A DNA stretch of 28,958 nucleotides, from IMG/VR virus record IMGVR_UViG_3300044674_001589, positions 1-28,958 of that record. One strand, 5' to 3'. Numbering within the stretch: the stretch's first letter is position 1; each line of letters begins with the position of its first letter. The stretch is from a virus (lineage: Duplodnaviria > Caudoviricetes). The notes under the pieces were generated by a model. That model saw nothing but the letters and a program-made list of their open reading frames with translations. It did no database searches and had not been told where the DNA came from. The position numbers and the translations under genes were made by a program. Below, piece by piece: positions 9,514 to 18,071 of the stretch.

Positions 9514-10440
9514 CTACTGGGAATATTTGTCTATGATCGCTTGATCGGATGGGCTCATCGTGCCTACAGGAGCTGCCATGCCATTCATTGCTGCATATGC
9601 TTGCTGCTGAGCTTCAATAGCTTTTACAGCTGAGATGTAGTGCTTTTTAACGAGCGCCAGGTTTGCCTTAAACTGCTCGCGGCTCTGTGACTGACGTAGG
9701 TTACCCAGGGATGCATTAAGCTGCGCCAGTTCTCGCTCTGACACCTGACCCAATGCGCCGCCGGTTGGGCTGTCATCACGCATCTTCTGCAGCCTGTCGA
9801 AACCAATAGATGATACGACAGTCTCGATAGCCATCTTGGTATCGTGAGCTGGTGTACCTGCAACAAATGATAGAGCGTTACCCATAAAACCGGTGACGTT
9901 ATCGAGTGGGTTGTAGTTGCTTTCGGCCATGGCCACGTTTGCTTCGATTTGATCGATAGCATCGATGGCTGCTTGCATGTATGGCGATGATTGTGGCGCT
10001 TTAGGCTGGTTCTTGGCTGCTTTTGCTTGCGCTTGTAGAGCTTTGACCTGGGCGTTGTATGCATCGATTGAGGCGCTGTTGTTTATGTCTTGCACATTGC
10101 CATACTCTCTCGCCATGTTGGCGTATGACTGCAGACCACTCTGCTGTGCGCCTTCCATACCTGCGCCACCCATCCGTATCAGCATGTCACCCATGCCGAT
10201 CTTGTTGTCAGGCATCTGTGGCATTTGTATAGCGCCTGGCACCATGTTGCGGCGTTGGTTTGTTGCTGCGGCCTGTGTATTACTTAATGCGCCTGGTGTT
10301 GGGTTGTTAAGCATGCCACTGGTGTTGTTTGCAGCTGCTGCCGGCGGCTGATTGGGGTTAGGTATTGTTAGCATAGGTATACCCTGGGCGTTATATTGCA
10401 CCCCAGGTGCCATTACTGCATTTGGATCACTCATTGCCAT
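9514..10440 (-). CDS. Putative internal virion / ejection protein (P22 gp20-like position)
   Basis: 308 aa, Ala/Gln/Met-rich and helical; GGALGQVSERE segment; lies between the other two ejection-type genes. Confidence 0.55.
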   Translation of the reverse strand: MAMSDPNAVMAPGVQYNAQGIPMLTIPNPNQPPAAAANNTSGMLNNPTPGALSNTQAAATNQRRNMVPGAIQMPQMPDNKIGMGDMLIRMGGAGMEGAQQSGLQSYANMAREYGNVQDINNSASIDAYNAQVKALQAQAKAAKNQPKAPQSSPYMQAAIDAIDQIEANVAMAESNYNPLDNVTGFMGNALSFVAGTPAHDTKMAIETVVSSIGFDRLQKMRDDSPTGGALGQVSERELAQLNASLGNLRQSQSREQFKANLALVKKHYISAVKAIEAQQQAYAAMNGMAAPVGTMSPSDQAIIDKYSQ

Positions 10441-10443
10441 GTC

Positions 10444-11508
10444 TTATCTCCCTGACGCATAGCCCATGCCCTGATATGCTGGGGCATTGATGTATGTCCG
10501 TTGTGGTGCCATGGAAGCGAAGGCGCTTGGTTGACCACCGAAGCCGCCGCCAAACTGGTTGTACAGGTTGTTACCTATACCTGCGCCGGTGACCATGCCG
10601 CTGATAGTTGCAGCTGTAGGATCTACAGTGTTCGCCTGGTAGCCAGCTGGTGACATAGGTGCGCGTCCTAAGATGCCTGACATGTACTGCTGATACGCAT
10701 TCATATCGAAGTCACGATTAGCTTCAAATGATGCCTTGTCGGCATTAAGTTGCTGCTGTGCGTCCTTCTGGAAGCCGGCACCTGCGTTAATCATGTTAGA
10801 CAGGCCAGTGTTGCCAGTGTTGACGCCGGTACCGAATGCACCTGCGAGACCCTGGTTGGCAGCCATGGCATTACCGAAGTCGCGCTGCTGTTGTCCCAGA
10901 GACTGATCAATAAGACCGCTGCGGATACCTGCGGCTGTGTCAGCTGCTCGGTCATTATAATCACGCATGGCGATGGCGTCTGCGACACCCGCCCTGGAGC
11001 TGTTAGCGTTACCGCTGGCTGATGCAGCTCGATTGATACCCGGTAATGTACTCTGAGTGAGCATACGTGTACTGTCGCGCAGCGCTGCGTCTGTGAGAGC
11101 GCCGGTGTTTGCGTCAGCATACGCCAGGGCGTTGTCCATAGCGCCGCCGCCCATAGCCTGGTTATACAGGTTGCCATAGTTACCGGCGAAACCTTGTGAT
11201 TGACCTGCGAGGTTTTGACCATAGCCAAACGTAGTGTTACCAAAGTTGAACTGGTTGTTCAGCCCGGTGTTCTGCATGTCGTTCATGTTCGCATATAGGT
11301 CGCCCTGATATGCACCCATGTCGAGCTGCTTATTTAGGGCATCCTGGCCGCCCCGGTATCCTTCATTAATGAATGGGCGCGCATCGGTATAACCCATGTT
11401 GTTCATTTGGTTTGCGCGGTCTATAGCACCGGCCTGTTTCTTTGCTGCCTTGTTTGCAAAGTAACCAGATACCAGTGAGCCACCGACAGAGGCTGCTACT
11501 GAACCCAT
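10444..11508 (-). CDS. Putative DNA transfer / pilot protein (P22 gp7-like)
   Basis: 354 aa; small-residue N-terminus (MGSVAASVGGSLVSGYFANKAAKKQA) typical of pilot proteins; Gly/Asn/Gln-rich. Confidence 0.6.
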   Translation of the reverse strand: MGSVAASVGGSLVSGYFANKAAKKQAGAIDRANQMNNMGYTDARPFINEGYRGGQDALNKQLDMGAYQGDLYANMNDMQNTGLNNQFNFGNTTFGYGQNLAGQSQGFAGNYGNLYNQAMGGGAMDNALAYADANTGALTDAALRDSTRMLTQSTLPGINRAASASGNANSSRAGVADAIAMRDYNDRAADTAAGIRSGLIDQSLGQQQRDFGNAMAANQGLAGAFGTGVNTGNTGLSNMINAGAGFQKDAQQQLNADKASFEANRDFDMNAYQQYMSGILGRAPMSPAGYQANTVDPTAATISGMVTGAGIGNNLYNQFGGGFGGQPSAFASMAPQRTYINAPAYQGMGYASGR

Positions 11509-11509
11509 A

Positions 11510-11815
11510 TCATATCTCCAATTTATATACGTCTAATGGCTGCTGCCCATCTGTTGTTGGGAAATCAAAAGCAAAGCCAAACATTTTTATGAACTTTTCT
11601 TGCTTACTGTCGTGCCGAAGGCAGTACAGCGGCGAAGTCCTCAGCTTCACAAGTTGCGTGAAGTCTCTTATTAGCTCTCTTTTGATATTCTTATTCCAGC
11701 GGTGTACATCGCAGTGTACGAACGTCAGTACGCCCTCACCCTCGATGGGGAAGCCTTCCAGGTAGACTGTATAGTGGGGACGCTCGATGGTCGGTACTTT
11801 TACACCGTGACCCAT
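11510..11815 (-). CDS. Virion assembly protein, probable GNAT-like fold (T7 gp13 / P22 gp14 position)
   Basis: 101 aa; C-terminal KFIKMFGF resembles the GNAT end motif; sits between the nozzle and the ejection genes. Confidence 0.5.
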   Translation of the reverse strand: MGHGVKVPTIERPHYTVYLEGFPIEGEGVLTFVHCDVHRWNKNIKRELIRDFTQLVKLRTSPLYCLRHDSKQEKFIKMFGFAFDFPTTDGQQPLDVYKLEI

Positions 11816-12075
11816 GCTGTACCGTTGTATACGTACAGGCCATCGCCAGAGCCTGGGTTCCAGGGTGACACCGCGTACCTGATCATACCTTTGACCGGGT
11901 TCTCTGGCTCATCCTCTGCTACTTGTATTGCAGCTGTTGTTAGGCTCGTGATGGCTGTCTGTATGCGCCGCAGCTCTTCCTGGATATATCTGCGTGTACC
12001 CTCTTCGAGTTGTGGGTACTGCTGTCTGGTATAATCTTGCACGAGCAGGTCAGTCTTATCGTTTAATGACATCAA
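11800..12075 (-). CDS. Small tail-associated structural protein (hypothetical)
   Basis: 91 aa; ATGA overlap with the nozzle stop; coiled coil (YIQEELRRIQ) followed by a beta-rich end (GLYVYNGTAW). Confidence 0.55.
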   Translation of the reverse strand: MMSLNDKTDLLVQDYTRQQYPQLEEGTRRYIQEELRRIQTAITSLTTAAIQVAEDEPENPVKGMIRYAVSPWNPGSGDGLYVYNGTAWVTV

Positions 12076-13685
12076 CGTGCTCCTGTAGGTGTCAGCTCTA
12101 TATCGAACCCAGACAGGTCAAAGTCCTTGTTATCTGTAAGTGTCATTCTGTATGACAGATATCTGCCAGCTGCCCGGCTGTCGATTTTATGCTGTGTTGA
12201 CAGATCGAACGTCACAGGGGCGCTGTAAGTCGGTGTGTTGCGAGGGATGTCGCTGGCACCAAACTCGAACGTCATTGTGGTGTCTGTTGAGTTAATTGTA
12301 TCTGCCTGTGGATACATCCGGGTTACTACAACATACTGCCTGGCTGCCAGCCCAGATTCGTCCAGGTCAAATCCTGTGCGCTCCAGGTATGGATACTTGG
12401 TTGCCTCTGTATCGAGGTCAAACGACAGGGTGCCTGTGTCTGACAGATCGAGGCCGTACAGCTTGTCACTTGTAAGACCATCTGCAGTTAGATCTTCGCC
12501 TACCATTAGCGTGTGGCGGTCGTAGCCGTCTTGCTGGCTGTAGTACGTACCGCCAGTTAGATTGTATGTGGTTGTACTACTGGCGTAAGTTGCCACTGAG
12601 TTGACGTTAGCTGTGGTACCTGCGCTGACGTTTGGCAAGTCCATGAATGACCATGTGTTTGCCCGGTAGTTGTAAACGGCTGCCCGGTTGCATCGTGTGG
12701 CGTTAGGAAACTCAACGTGTGAATCACCTGACATGTAACAGAAGTAGATTTCATTCAGCGCCTGGTTATGCTGCGCAAAGCAGATATCTGCATTCTCATT
12801 GTTCAGTGACTGGTAGATGAACTTCTTTACACGCTCATCGCATATACTTTGTTTGGAAGTGCCGTCGTGCATATAGATATCGAAGGCACCGAAGACATAG
12901 TGTTTACCTTCTGCCTCGACTACGCAGTTCTGATTGATAACGCCGGCGTCACTGAAGAGTTTACGGAAGTTAAATATAAACGTGCCGCCAGTGAACTCCA
13001 TCAGCCAGGTTTGGTCTGAAGAGTAAATGATAAAGTTAGAGCCTAGTGTGAGGCCGTCTCTAATCTCTGTTGGTATCTGCACCAGGTCATTGAAGCCGGC
13101 GCTGGTTGTCGGATCTGTAGCGTCCCAGCTGCCTGGGTAATCATTGGCCGATGTAATGTCACTGAACCTGACCCTGGTGGGGAACTCATTAGATCCCTCA
13201 GTCATGTTAAGTGCCACCAGCTGGTCACCATAGGAACGCAGCGCTGCGCAGCGCCATGTGCTATCCCAATTTGGCAGGTCACTAAACGTGGAGGCACTGG
13301 GTTTGCGCTGGACTGGTATGCGGTCTTGTCTGTTAATGTACGTCACATCAGCCAGGGATGTCCCTGTGAATGGCCGGGGGTCACTTGATCCGGTTATGGT
13401 ACCACTGACATTGGTGACATTGTTGTTCGCGTACTCTTGCAGCTGCCAATCATCTGAGATCATCAGTACAGTATCGAAGCCGGATGCCGGAACAATGCCA
13501 TATACAAACCTGGGTGTGAAACCGAGACTATCTTTAATCTTTCGGAAGACTGGCGCTCGGCTCACTCTACCCTCATCGAACCGCACATTGAATGCTTTGT
13601 CGAAACCAGTGGTAGGTAGATTGTATGGGGCTAAGTCCGTAATTACACCTGCGCTGCCCAGGTCTCTCAGTGGTATAATAGCCAT
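12072..13685 (-). CDS. Tail nozzle / packaged-DNA stabilization protein (P22 gp10-like)
   Basis: 537 aa, beta-propeller-like composition (RVRFSD, IYFCY, AAVYNYRANTWS), C-terminal GRYLSYRM; located upstream of the ejection genes. Confidence 0.7.
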   Translation of the reverse strand: MAIIPLRDLGSAGVITDLAPYNLPTTGFDKAFNVRFDEGRVSRAPVFRKIKDSLGFTPRFVYGIVPASGFDTVLMISDDWQLQEYANNNVTNVSGTITGSSDPRPFTGTSLADVTYINRQDRIPVQRKPSASTFSDLPNWDSTWRCAALRSYGDQLVALNMTEGSNEFPTRVRFSDITSANDYPGSWDATDPTTSAGFNDLVQIPTEIRDGLTLGSNFIIYSSDQTWLMEFTGGTFIFNFRKLFSDAGVINQNCVVEAEGKHYVFGAFDIYMHDGTSKQSICDERVKKFIYQSLNNENADICFAQHNQALNEIYFCYMSGDSHVEFPNATRCNRAAVYNYRANTWSFMDLPNVSAGTTANVNSVATYASSTTTYNLTGGTYYSQQDGYDRHTLMVGEDLTADGLTSDKLYGLDLSDTGTLSFDLDTEATKYPYLERTGFDLDESGLAARQYVVVTRMYPQADTINSTDTTMTFEFGASDIPRNTPTYSAPVTFDLSTQHKIDSRAAGRYLSYRMTLTDNKDFDLSGFDIELTPTGAR

Positions 13686-13689
13686 GGCT

Positions 13690-14583
13690 TTACGTCTTTA
13701 TGAGGTAGTTTAGGATTATGGTTGGCTGTACATTGTTGTGAGGTGAATCACCACCAGTGGAACCACTCTGCGAATCAGTACCTGTCACACCTGTGATACC
13801 TGCCGCATAGTTTGCACCTGCAATTGACGCCGGTGACAAATCATCAGTGTGCGTGTGTGCTGCAAGTTCAGCGACGGTCAACTGGTGCGTCTCTGCGCCA
13901 CCTACATTGCCCAGACCATCCCCGTCCAGACCACCATCTTGATTTGTTAGTCGGTCGGCACTGGTGCCACCCATGCTGTCCTTACCCGCGATTGTGCGTC
14001 CACGAAGGTCTGGCAGCGTAAAGGTAGTTGATCCATCGCCTATACCGTATGTGATACCGATTGCAGTGAATAGATCAGAGTAAGTAGTACGGCTTACATC
14101 CTGGCCGTAGCACATAAGCCAGCCGGTGGGCGCTGACGAACCTGCATAAGGTATAAGCATGCCAGCTGCTATCACACTAGCCATGGTAGTAAAGGATAAC
14201 GTACCGGCACCATCAGTTGTCATAAACTGACCTGCGCTACCATCAGCTACCGGGTACGTAAGTCCATTGATCTGCGTGATCGAATGGTTAGCTGAGATGT
14301 ACGTAGCTAGGTCGGTCAGGGCTACCTGTACCATGGTACCATCGTCATTCACTACGAAACGGTCGGCATCCACCAGGGTGGTTGCTGTCGCTGCAGTGTC
14401 ACCATCGACTATGTTCAACTCAGTGTGGGTGCTCGTGACTGCGTTTGTTACGTCAGGGAAAGTGCCTTGGATGGCAGACTTGATGATGCGTAAGTGGTCG
14501 TCAGCTTGCGCGAGACCGTCAGTTGACGCTGGGTTGGTAGACACCAGATCACTGATGTAGTTGACGCCTGTTTCTAAAGCCAT
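13690..14583 (-). CDS. Short tail fibre with a phage tail collar domain
   Basis: Collar signature AGMLIPYAGSSAPTGWLMCYGQDVSRTTYSDLFTAIG...FTLPDLRGR; C-terminal PHNNVQPTIILNYLIK. Confidence 0.88.
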   Translation of the reverse strand: MALETGVNYISDLVSTNPASTDGLAQADDHLRIIKSAIQGTFPDVTNAVTSTHTELNIVDGDTAATATTLVDADRFVVNDDGTMVQVALTDLATYISANHSITQINGLTYPVADGSAGQFMTTDGAGTLSFTTMASVIAAGMLIPYAGSSAPTGWLMCYGQDVSRTTYSDLFTAIGITYGIGDGSTTFTLPDLRGRTIAGKDSMGGTSADRLTNQDGGLDGDGLGNVGGAETHQLTVAELAAHTHTDDLSPASIAGANYAAGITGVTGTDSQSGSTGGDSPHNNVQPTIILNYLIKT

Positions 14584-14645
14584 CTTTGTGTCTCTTCTGT
14601 ATCTATATGTGATATGTTGTCCAAATGTGGCGCTGGTTTAACGAG

Positions 14646-14711
14646 GGTCTGACAACAACAACAACAAGCAGACCTTTAGCCTACTTTTGAAATTGACCTT
14701 GTTGTTGACCC
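14646..14711. repeat. (CAA)5 microsatellite enclosed by a GGTCTG/CAGACC stem, with a downstream complementary CTTGTTGTTG
   Basis: GGTCTG 14646-14651, (CAA)5 14653-14667, CAGACC 14669-14674, CTTGTTGTTG 14698-14707. Confidence 0.75.
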
Positions 14712-14920
14712 ATGGGGGGTCGTTTTGCAGCGTATGGTACCAGGTTTCATGGCCATGTCATGATAACATGCTGTAATCGTTGGATACCTGCGTCATGCTG
14801 ACTGGTAATCAGCAATACAAAAACACTGATCAGCTCACCGACATTAGGACATTAGTGAACATTAACCGTGGTGGGTCATTAGTCTTTAATACAAATCGGG
14901 ACTTAGTCACCACCGTCCAC

Positions 14921-15020
14921 CTTAGTCATCCTTCGATGACCTTAGTCATCCTTAGTCATCCTTCGATGACCTTAGTCATCCTTAGTCATCCTTTGATGAC
15001 CTTAGTCATCCTTAGTTATC
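14921..15020. repeat. Tandem array: about 3.3 copies of a 30-bp unit CTTAGTCATC-CTTYGATGAC-CTTAGTCATC, built from 10-bp subunits
   Basis: Units at 14921, 14951 and 14981, partial unit at 15011 and a stray CTTAGTCA at 14902; each unit contains the inverted repeat GTCATC-N4-GATGAC. Confidence 0.95.
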
Positions 15021-15181
15021 CACTATATCCAGTGTTCTGTCCTGGTTACCCATGCTGACTGGTGGTTGTCCGTAGTCAGCAACCAAAGTAATCCAATCAC
15101 TCACAACAAATAGACTATTAGTACCTGTTGTACTGTGGTATCTTGAGAGCTCAAGCAGTCTTGTGTAGACCACTCTCTCTA

Positions 15182-15197
15182 ATGGGGGAACACAAGT
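15182..15197 (-). promoter_or_regulatory. Putative phage RNAP promoter (late-type copy), ACTTGTGTTCCCCCAT followed by TAGAGAGAG
   Basis: 16 bp identical to 24394-24409; intergenic; points into the virion module; followed by a purine-rich run resembling the T7 GGGAGA start. Confidence 0.7.
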
Positions 15198-15215
15198 ACC
15201 CTTGAAACTTATGGT

Positions 15216-15260
15216 AAGCCTGGGAGAGACTAATTGTAATCTTATTAGCTTCCCAGGTTT
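15216..15260 (-). other. Long imperfect stem-loop downstream of the last middle gene (RNase III site or terminator candidate)
   Basis: AGCCTGGGAG-AGACTAAT pairs with ATTAG-CTTCCCAGGTT; no U-tract on the minus strand. Confidence 0.45.
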
Positions 15261-15279
15261 GCCACCCACCTAGCTTTGG

Positions 15280-15546
15280 TTATGAGTGCTTACGTTTAGG
15301 TGAATCCCACTCGTTATACCAGTCGATCAGCTCCTGACTAATGATACCATTAGTTATCATGTCTTCTGTTTGCTTGTTGAGTGCTTCAGCTGCCAGTTGG
15401 AAAGCCTTTAGTGTTTCATCACTGGTGAAGTTAGGGTTTCCTATTCTATAACTAAAGTCTTTGAAGAACAGTCTGTCCAGACATTCACCTCTAAACATGC
15501 CGTCAGCTTCTTCTCTTATACGTCTTGAGTTACTGTTGAATGCCAT
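15280..15546 (-). CDS. Hypothetical protein (88 aa from the likely start MAFNSNS)
   Basis: ORF track gives 15280..15594; the ATG at 15546 has a purine-rich RBS and avoids overlap with the upstream gene. Confidence 0.6.
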   Translation of the reverse strand: MAFNSNSRRIREEADGMFRGECLDRLFFKDFSYRIGNPNFTSDETLKAFQLAAEALNKQTEDMITNGIISQELIDWYNEWDSPKRKHS

Positions 15547-15560
15547 TGTCTCTCTTCTTT

Positions 15561-15746
15561 TTAGTGCTCTGTGCCTCGCGGTGCTTCTAACCATGGTCTG
15601 ATGTGAGGGTTAGTCTTCTGCTGCTTCTGCAGCTCACGTACACCGCACTCACTACATACAAACACACCACCAGAGTAGACAAATGCATCATTAGTCTTGC
15701 ACTTGTCACACACTGGTAGTCCTTTGCTTATGTCATGGTACGACAT
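15561..15746 (-). CDS. Small zinc-ribbon protein (CxxC-x12-CxxC)
   Basis: 61 aa; CDKC...CSEC; starts 2 nt after the nrdJ stop. Confidence 0.7.
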   Translation of the reverse strand: MSYHDISKGLPVCDKCKTNDAFVYSGGVFVCSECGVRELQKQQKTNPHIRPWLEAPRGTEH

Positions 15747-15748
15747 GG

Positions 15749-17464
15749 TTACTCACAGCTCTTCTGTCCTGTCTCAGGATCGATGAAGCATGCCTCAGCC
15801 TTCGCAGGTTCTTCCTTGTCTGGCTTTACCTCATTGAGAATTCCGAAGCGCTTGCCAGATGCTCTAAACGTAGTGATGCCCTTACAGCCACCCTTCCAGG
15901 CTTTGTAGTACAGCTGCTTGAACTCATCGTAGGTCACATCATCACCCACGTTGCATGTCTTACTTACAGCACTGTCCACGTACTTCGATGCCAGGCATAA
16001 GACATCCACGTGTTCATCTGCAGTGATCTCATTGGCTGTACGTCCACTGACACCCTGGTTGTATGCGTAGTCTTCAACACGCTCGATCTGGTGGCCATCG
16101 AACTGCTGAATGGTACGGTCGTAGTACAGGCTGTATGGTGGCTCGATGCCTGAGCTTACGTTATCTGCAGTCAGGCTGATGGTGCCTGTAGGTGCAATCG
16201 ATGTCAGATGGCTGTTACGCAATCCATGCTCTTCGATGAGCTCACGCACCTTCTTTGGTAGTGTCTTGAAGAACCTGCCCTGTATGTACTTGTCCTTGTC
16301 ATATAGAGGGAATGTACCCTTCTCCTGGGCAAGCAGCGCAGACGCTGTGTAACACTCATCACGCAGCATCTTGAGTACCTTCTCAGCCCACTCCATGAAC
16401 GTAGGTGTGGCGTATGGGTAGCCTAACAGCTCACCAGCATTGGCCATGCCAGTGACACCTAAGCCCATGCGGCGCTTGTTCTCTGCTTCACTCTTCTGCT
16501 CAGGCAGTGGGTAGATCGTGCGGTCTACCACGTTGTCCATGGCTCTAACTACAGTGTGTATGTCAGCCTTGAACTGATCCCAGTCGAATGACTTGTCGTC
16601 CACGTACTTGGTAAGGTTAAAGCTGCCCAACAAGCATGCACCATACGGCGGCAGAGGCTGCTCAGCGCATGGGTTAGTGGCTTCGAGTGTCTCGCAGTAC
16701 CACAGGTTATTCATCTCGTTCATGCGATCCAGGAATACAACGCCTGGCTCAGCCCAATCATACGTGCTTCTCATGATCATGTCCCACAAGGCGACCGGGT
16801 CTACCTCTTTGTACACCTTACCTTCGAAGCGCAGTGGGAATGGCTTGCCGGCATCCAGGTGGTTCATGAACTCATCCGTGATGCCCACAGAGATGTTGAA
16901 ACCTGTCATGGTTGTACTGTCGTGCTTTGCAGTGATGAACTGCTCGATGTCCGGGTGATCCACACGTAGTACACCCATCTGAGCGCCCCTACGATGACCG
17001 CTGCTGGCGATGGTCTGACACACGGCATCAAAGATACCCATGAAACTAACAGCGCCTGACGCCTTGCTATCGAGGCTCTTGATCAGCTCACCACGTGGCC
17101 GCAGCCGGCTGAAGTCATAACCAATGCCACCACCCCGGCGCATGGTCTCAGCTGCCTCTGCGGCTCGCTTCATGATTACGTCCATGCTGTCTTCGATGAC
17201 ACCACTGACAAAGCAGTTGTATGCTGTAGTCTGCCGGGCAGCGCCCATGGCATTCTGTACACGGCCAGCTGGCAAGAACCGCATGTGACGCATGGCATCC
17301 TTGAAGTCCTCGAAGTGTTCCGGCGTGTCTTTCAAAGCATCTGCAATACGTACGACCTTACTGTAGAAGTCCTCACCGACCTGGCGGTACTTCTGCCGGT
17401 CGATCTCATCGGACAACGGCAGTGTCATGCCGTAATGCTGGTTATGCTTCATCATGTTATTCAT
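15749..17464 (-). CDS. nrdJ: Class II (adenosylcobalamin-dependent) ribonucleotide reductase
   Basis: RFLPAGR, NCFV, RRGGGIG, catalytic TNPCAEQPL, ACLLGS, IAPTGTIS; C-terminal Cys pair; no ATP cone, no class I YY pair and no adjacent beta-subunit gene. Confidence 0.92.
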   Translation of the reverse strand: MNNMMKHNQHYGMTLPLSDEIDRQKYRQVGEDFYSKVVRIADALKDTPEHFEDFKDAMRHMRFLPAGRVQNAMGAARQTTAYNCFVSGVIEDSMDVIMKRAAEAAETMRRGGGIGYDFSRLRPRGELIKSLDSKASGAVSFMGIFDAVCQTIASSGHRRGAQMGVLRVDHPDIEQFITAKHDSTTMTGFNISVGITDEFMNHLDAGKPFPLRFEGKVYKEVDPVALWDMIMRSTYDWAEPGVVFLDRMNEMNNLWYCETLEATNPCAEQPLPPYGACLLGSFNLTKYVDDKSFDWDQFKADIHTVVRAMDNVVDRTIYPLPEQKSEAENKRRMGLGVTGMANAGELLGYPYATPTFMEWAEKVLKMLRDECYTASALLAQEKGTFPLYDKDKYIQGRFFKTLPKKVRELIEEHGLRNSHLTSIAPTGTISLTADNVSSGIEPPYSLYYDRTIQQFDGHQIERVEDYAYNQGVSGRTANEITADEHVDVLCLASKYVDSAVSKTCNVGDDVTYDEFKQLYYKAWKGGCKGITTFRASGKRFGILNEVKPDKEEPAKAEACFIDPETGQKSCE

Positions 17465-17790
17465 CGTGTATCTCCCGATCCCTGCAGCGTCCCTCGCTGC
17501 TTTCTATCTGCTAGTTTCTTTAGGTTTTGTTCTGCGATCTCATCCAGGCTGAGCTCCAGGTCTCTTGCCAGGACAGCGAGGTACCAGAGGCAGTCGCCCA
17601 GCTCGCTTTTCAAGTCGTCACGTATGTCATCTAGGGTGATGTCATCACGTATTAGTTTCTTTAGCTTGTTGCACACCTCACCTACCTCGCCGGCCAGGCC
17701 GAGAGCTGGGTAGTTGATCTGTTGGTTGATTGAGTAGATGGCGGTGCTTGCAGCTTTCTTTTGGTATTCAGTCAAGCTGTCTATCGCCAT
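17461..17790 (-). CDS. mazG: MazG-like nucleotide pyrophosphohydrolase
   Basis: LGLAGEVGEVCNKLKK...SELGDCLWY...NLKKLADR signature. Confidence 0.9.
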   Translation of the reverse strand: MAIDSLTEYQKKAASTAIYSINQQINYPALGLAGEVGEVCNKLKKLIRDDITLDDIRDDLKSELGDCLWYLAVLARDLELSLDEIAEQNLKKLADRKQRGTLQGSGDTR

Positions 17791-18071
17791 GTCTCATTTT
17801 CCTTCTCGTACTGAATCAGGAACCCCAGGTAGACTTGAGCCTTCTCAAGATCCTGGATGCCGCCCTTCTCTTGATAGCGCCAAATGTACTTGAGGATGTT
17901 GGCTCGCCAGGCATGCACTACATGGTCACCGAGCATGCCCTCGATAGCCTCTTTGCATTCCATGCCTGTCATTGTGTAATGACCGGGGCTATGTACTTCG
18001 CCGTCTTCCATCTCTTTCATGTAATCCTCATGCCTCATGACCAACCGCCGCCTCTTTTGCTTTGCGTTCAC
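17781..18071 (-). CDS. DUF3310 / T7 gp1.7-like nucleotide kinase family protein (true start possibly 18038)
   Basis: VHSPGHY...ECKEAI...NILKYIWRY...KGGIQDLEKAQVYL signature. Confidence 0.82.
   Translation of the reverse strand: MNAKQKRRRLVMRHEDYMKEMEDGEVHSPGHYTMTGMECKEAIEGMLGDHVVHAWRANILKYIWRYQEKGGIQDLEKAQVYLGFLIQYEKENETWR

Noticed and set aside
13690-14583. Diversity-generating retroelement or invertible tail fibre cassette
   Set aside because: No reverse transcriptase or invertase, and no template/variable repeat pair seen in the window
14711-14718. CATGGGGG matching the last 8 bases of the window (possible terminal redundancy or extra promoter copy)
   Set aside because: Only 8 bp, the flanks differ, and it is not followed by AACACAA
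14770-14850. tRNA-Thr(GGT) gene around the anticodon-like hairpin
   Set aside because: No T arm (GTTCRA), D arm or acceptor stem in the flanks
14842-14881. Four CATTA pentamers, plus short palindromes nearby (CATGGCCATG 14748-14757, CTTGAG-AG-CTCAAG 15142-15155)
   Set aside because: Too short and irregularly spaced to support a separate claim; they only reinforce that the region is repeat-rich
14921-15020. Possible mini-CRISPR array (30-bp palindromic repeats)
   Set aside because: The units are contiguous with no unique spacers, and there are no cas genes in the window
14780-15269. ORF-track ORFs 14780..15058 (+) and 15012..15269 (-)
   Set aside because: One is a translation of the tandem repeat on the non-coding strand; the other spans the promoter-like motif and hairpins and has no recognisable RBS or protein motif
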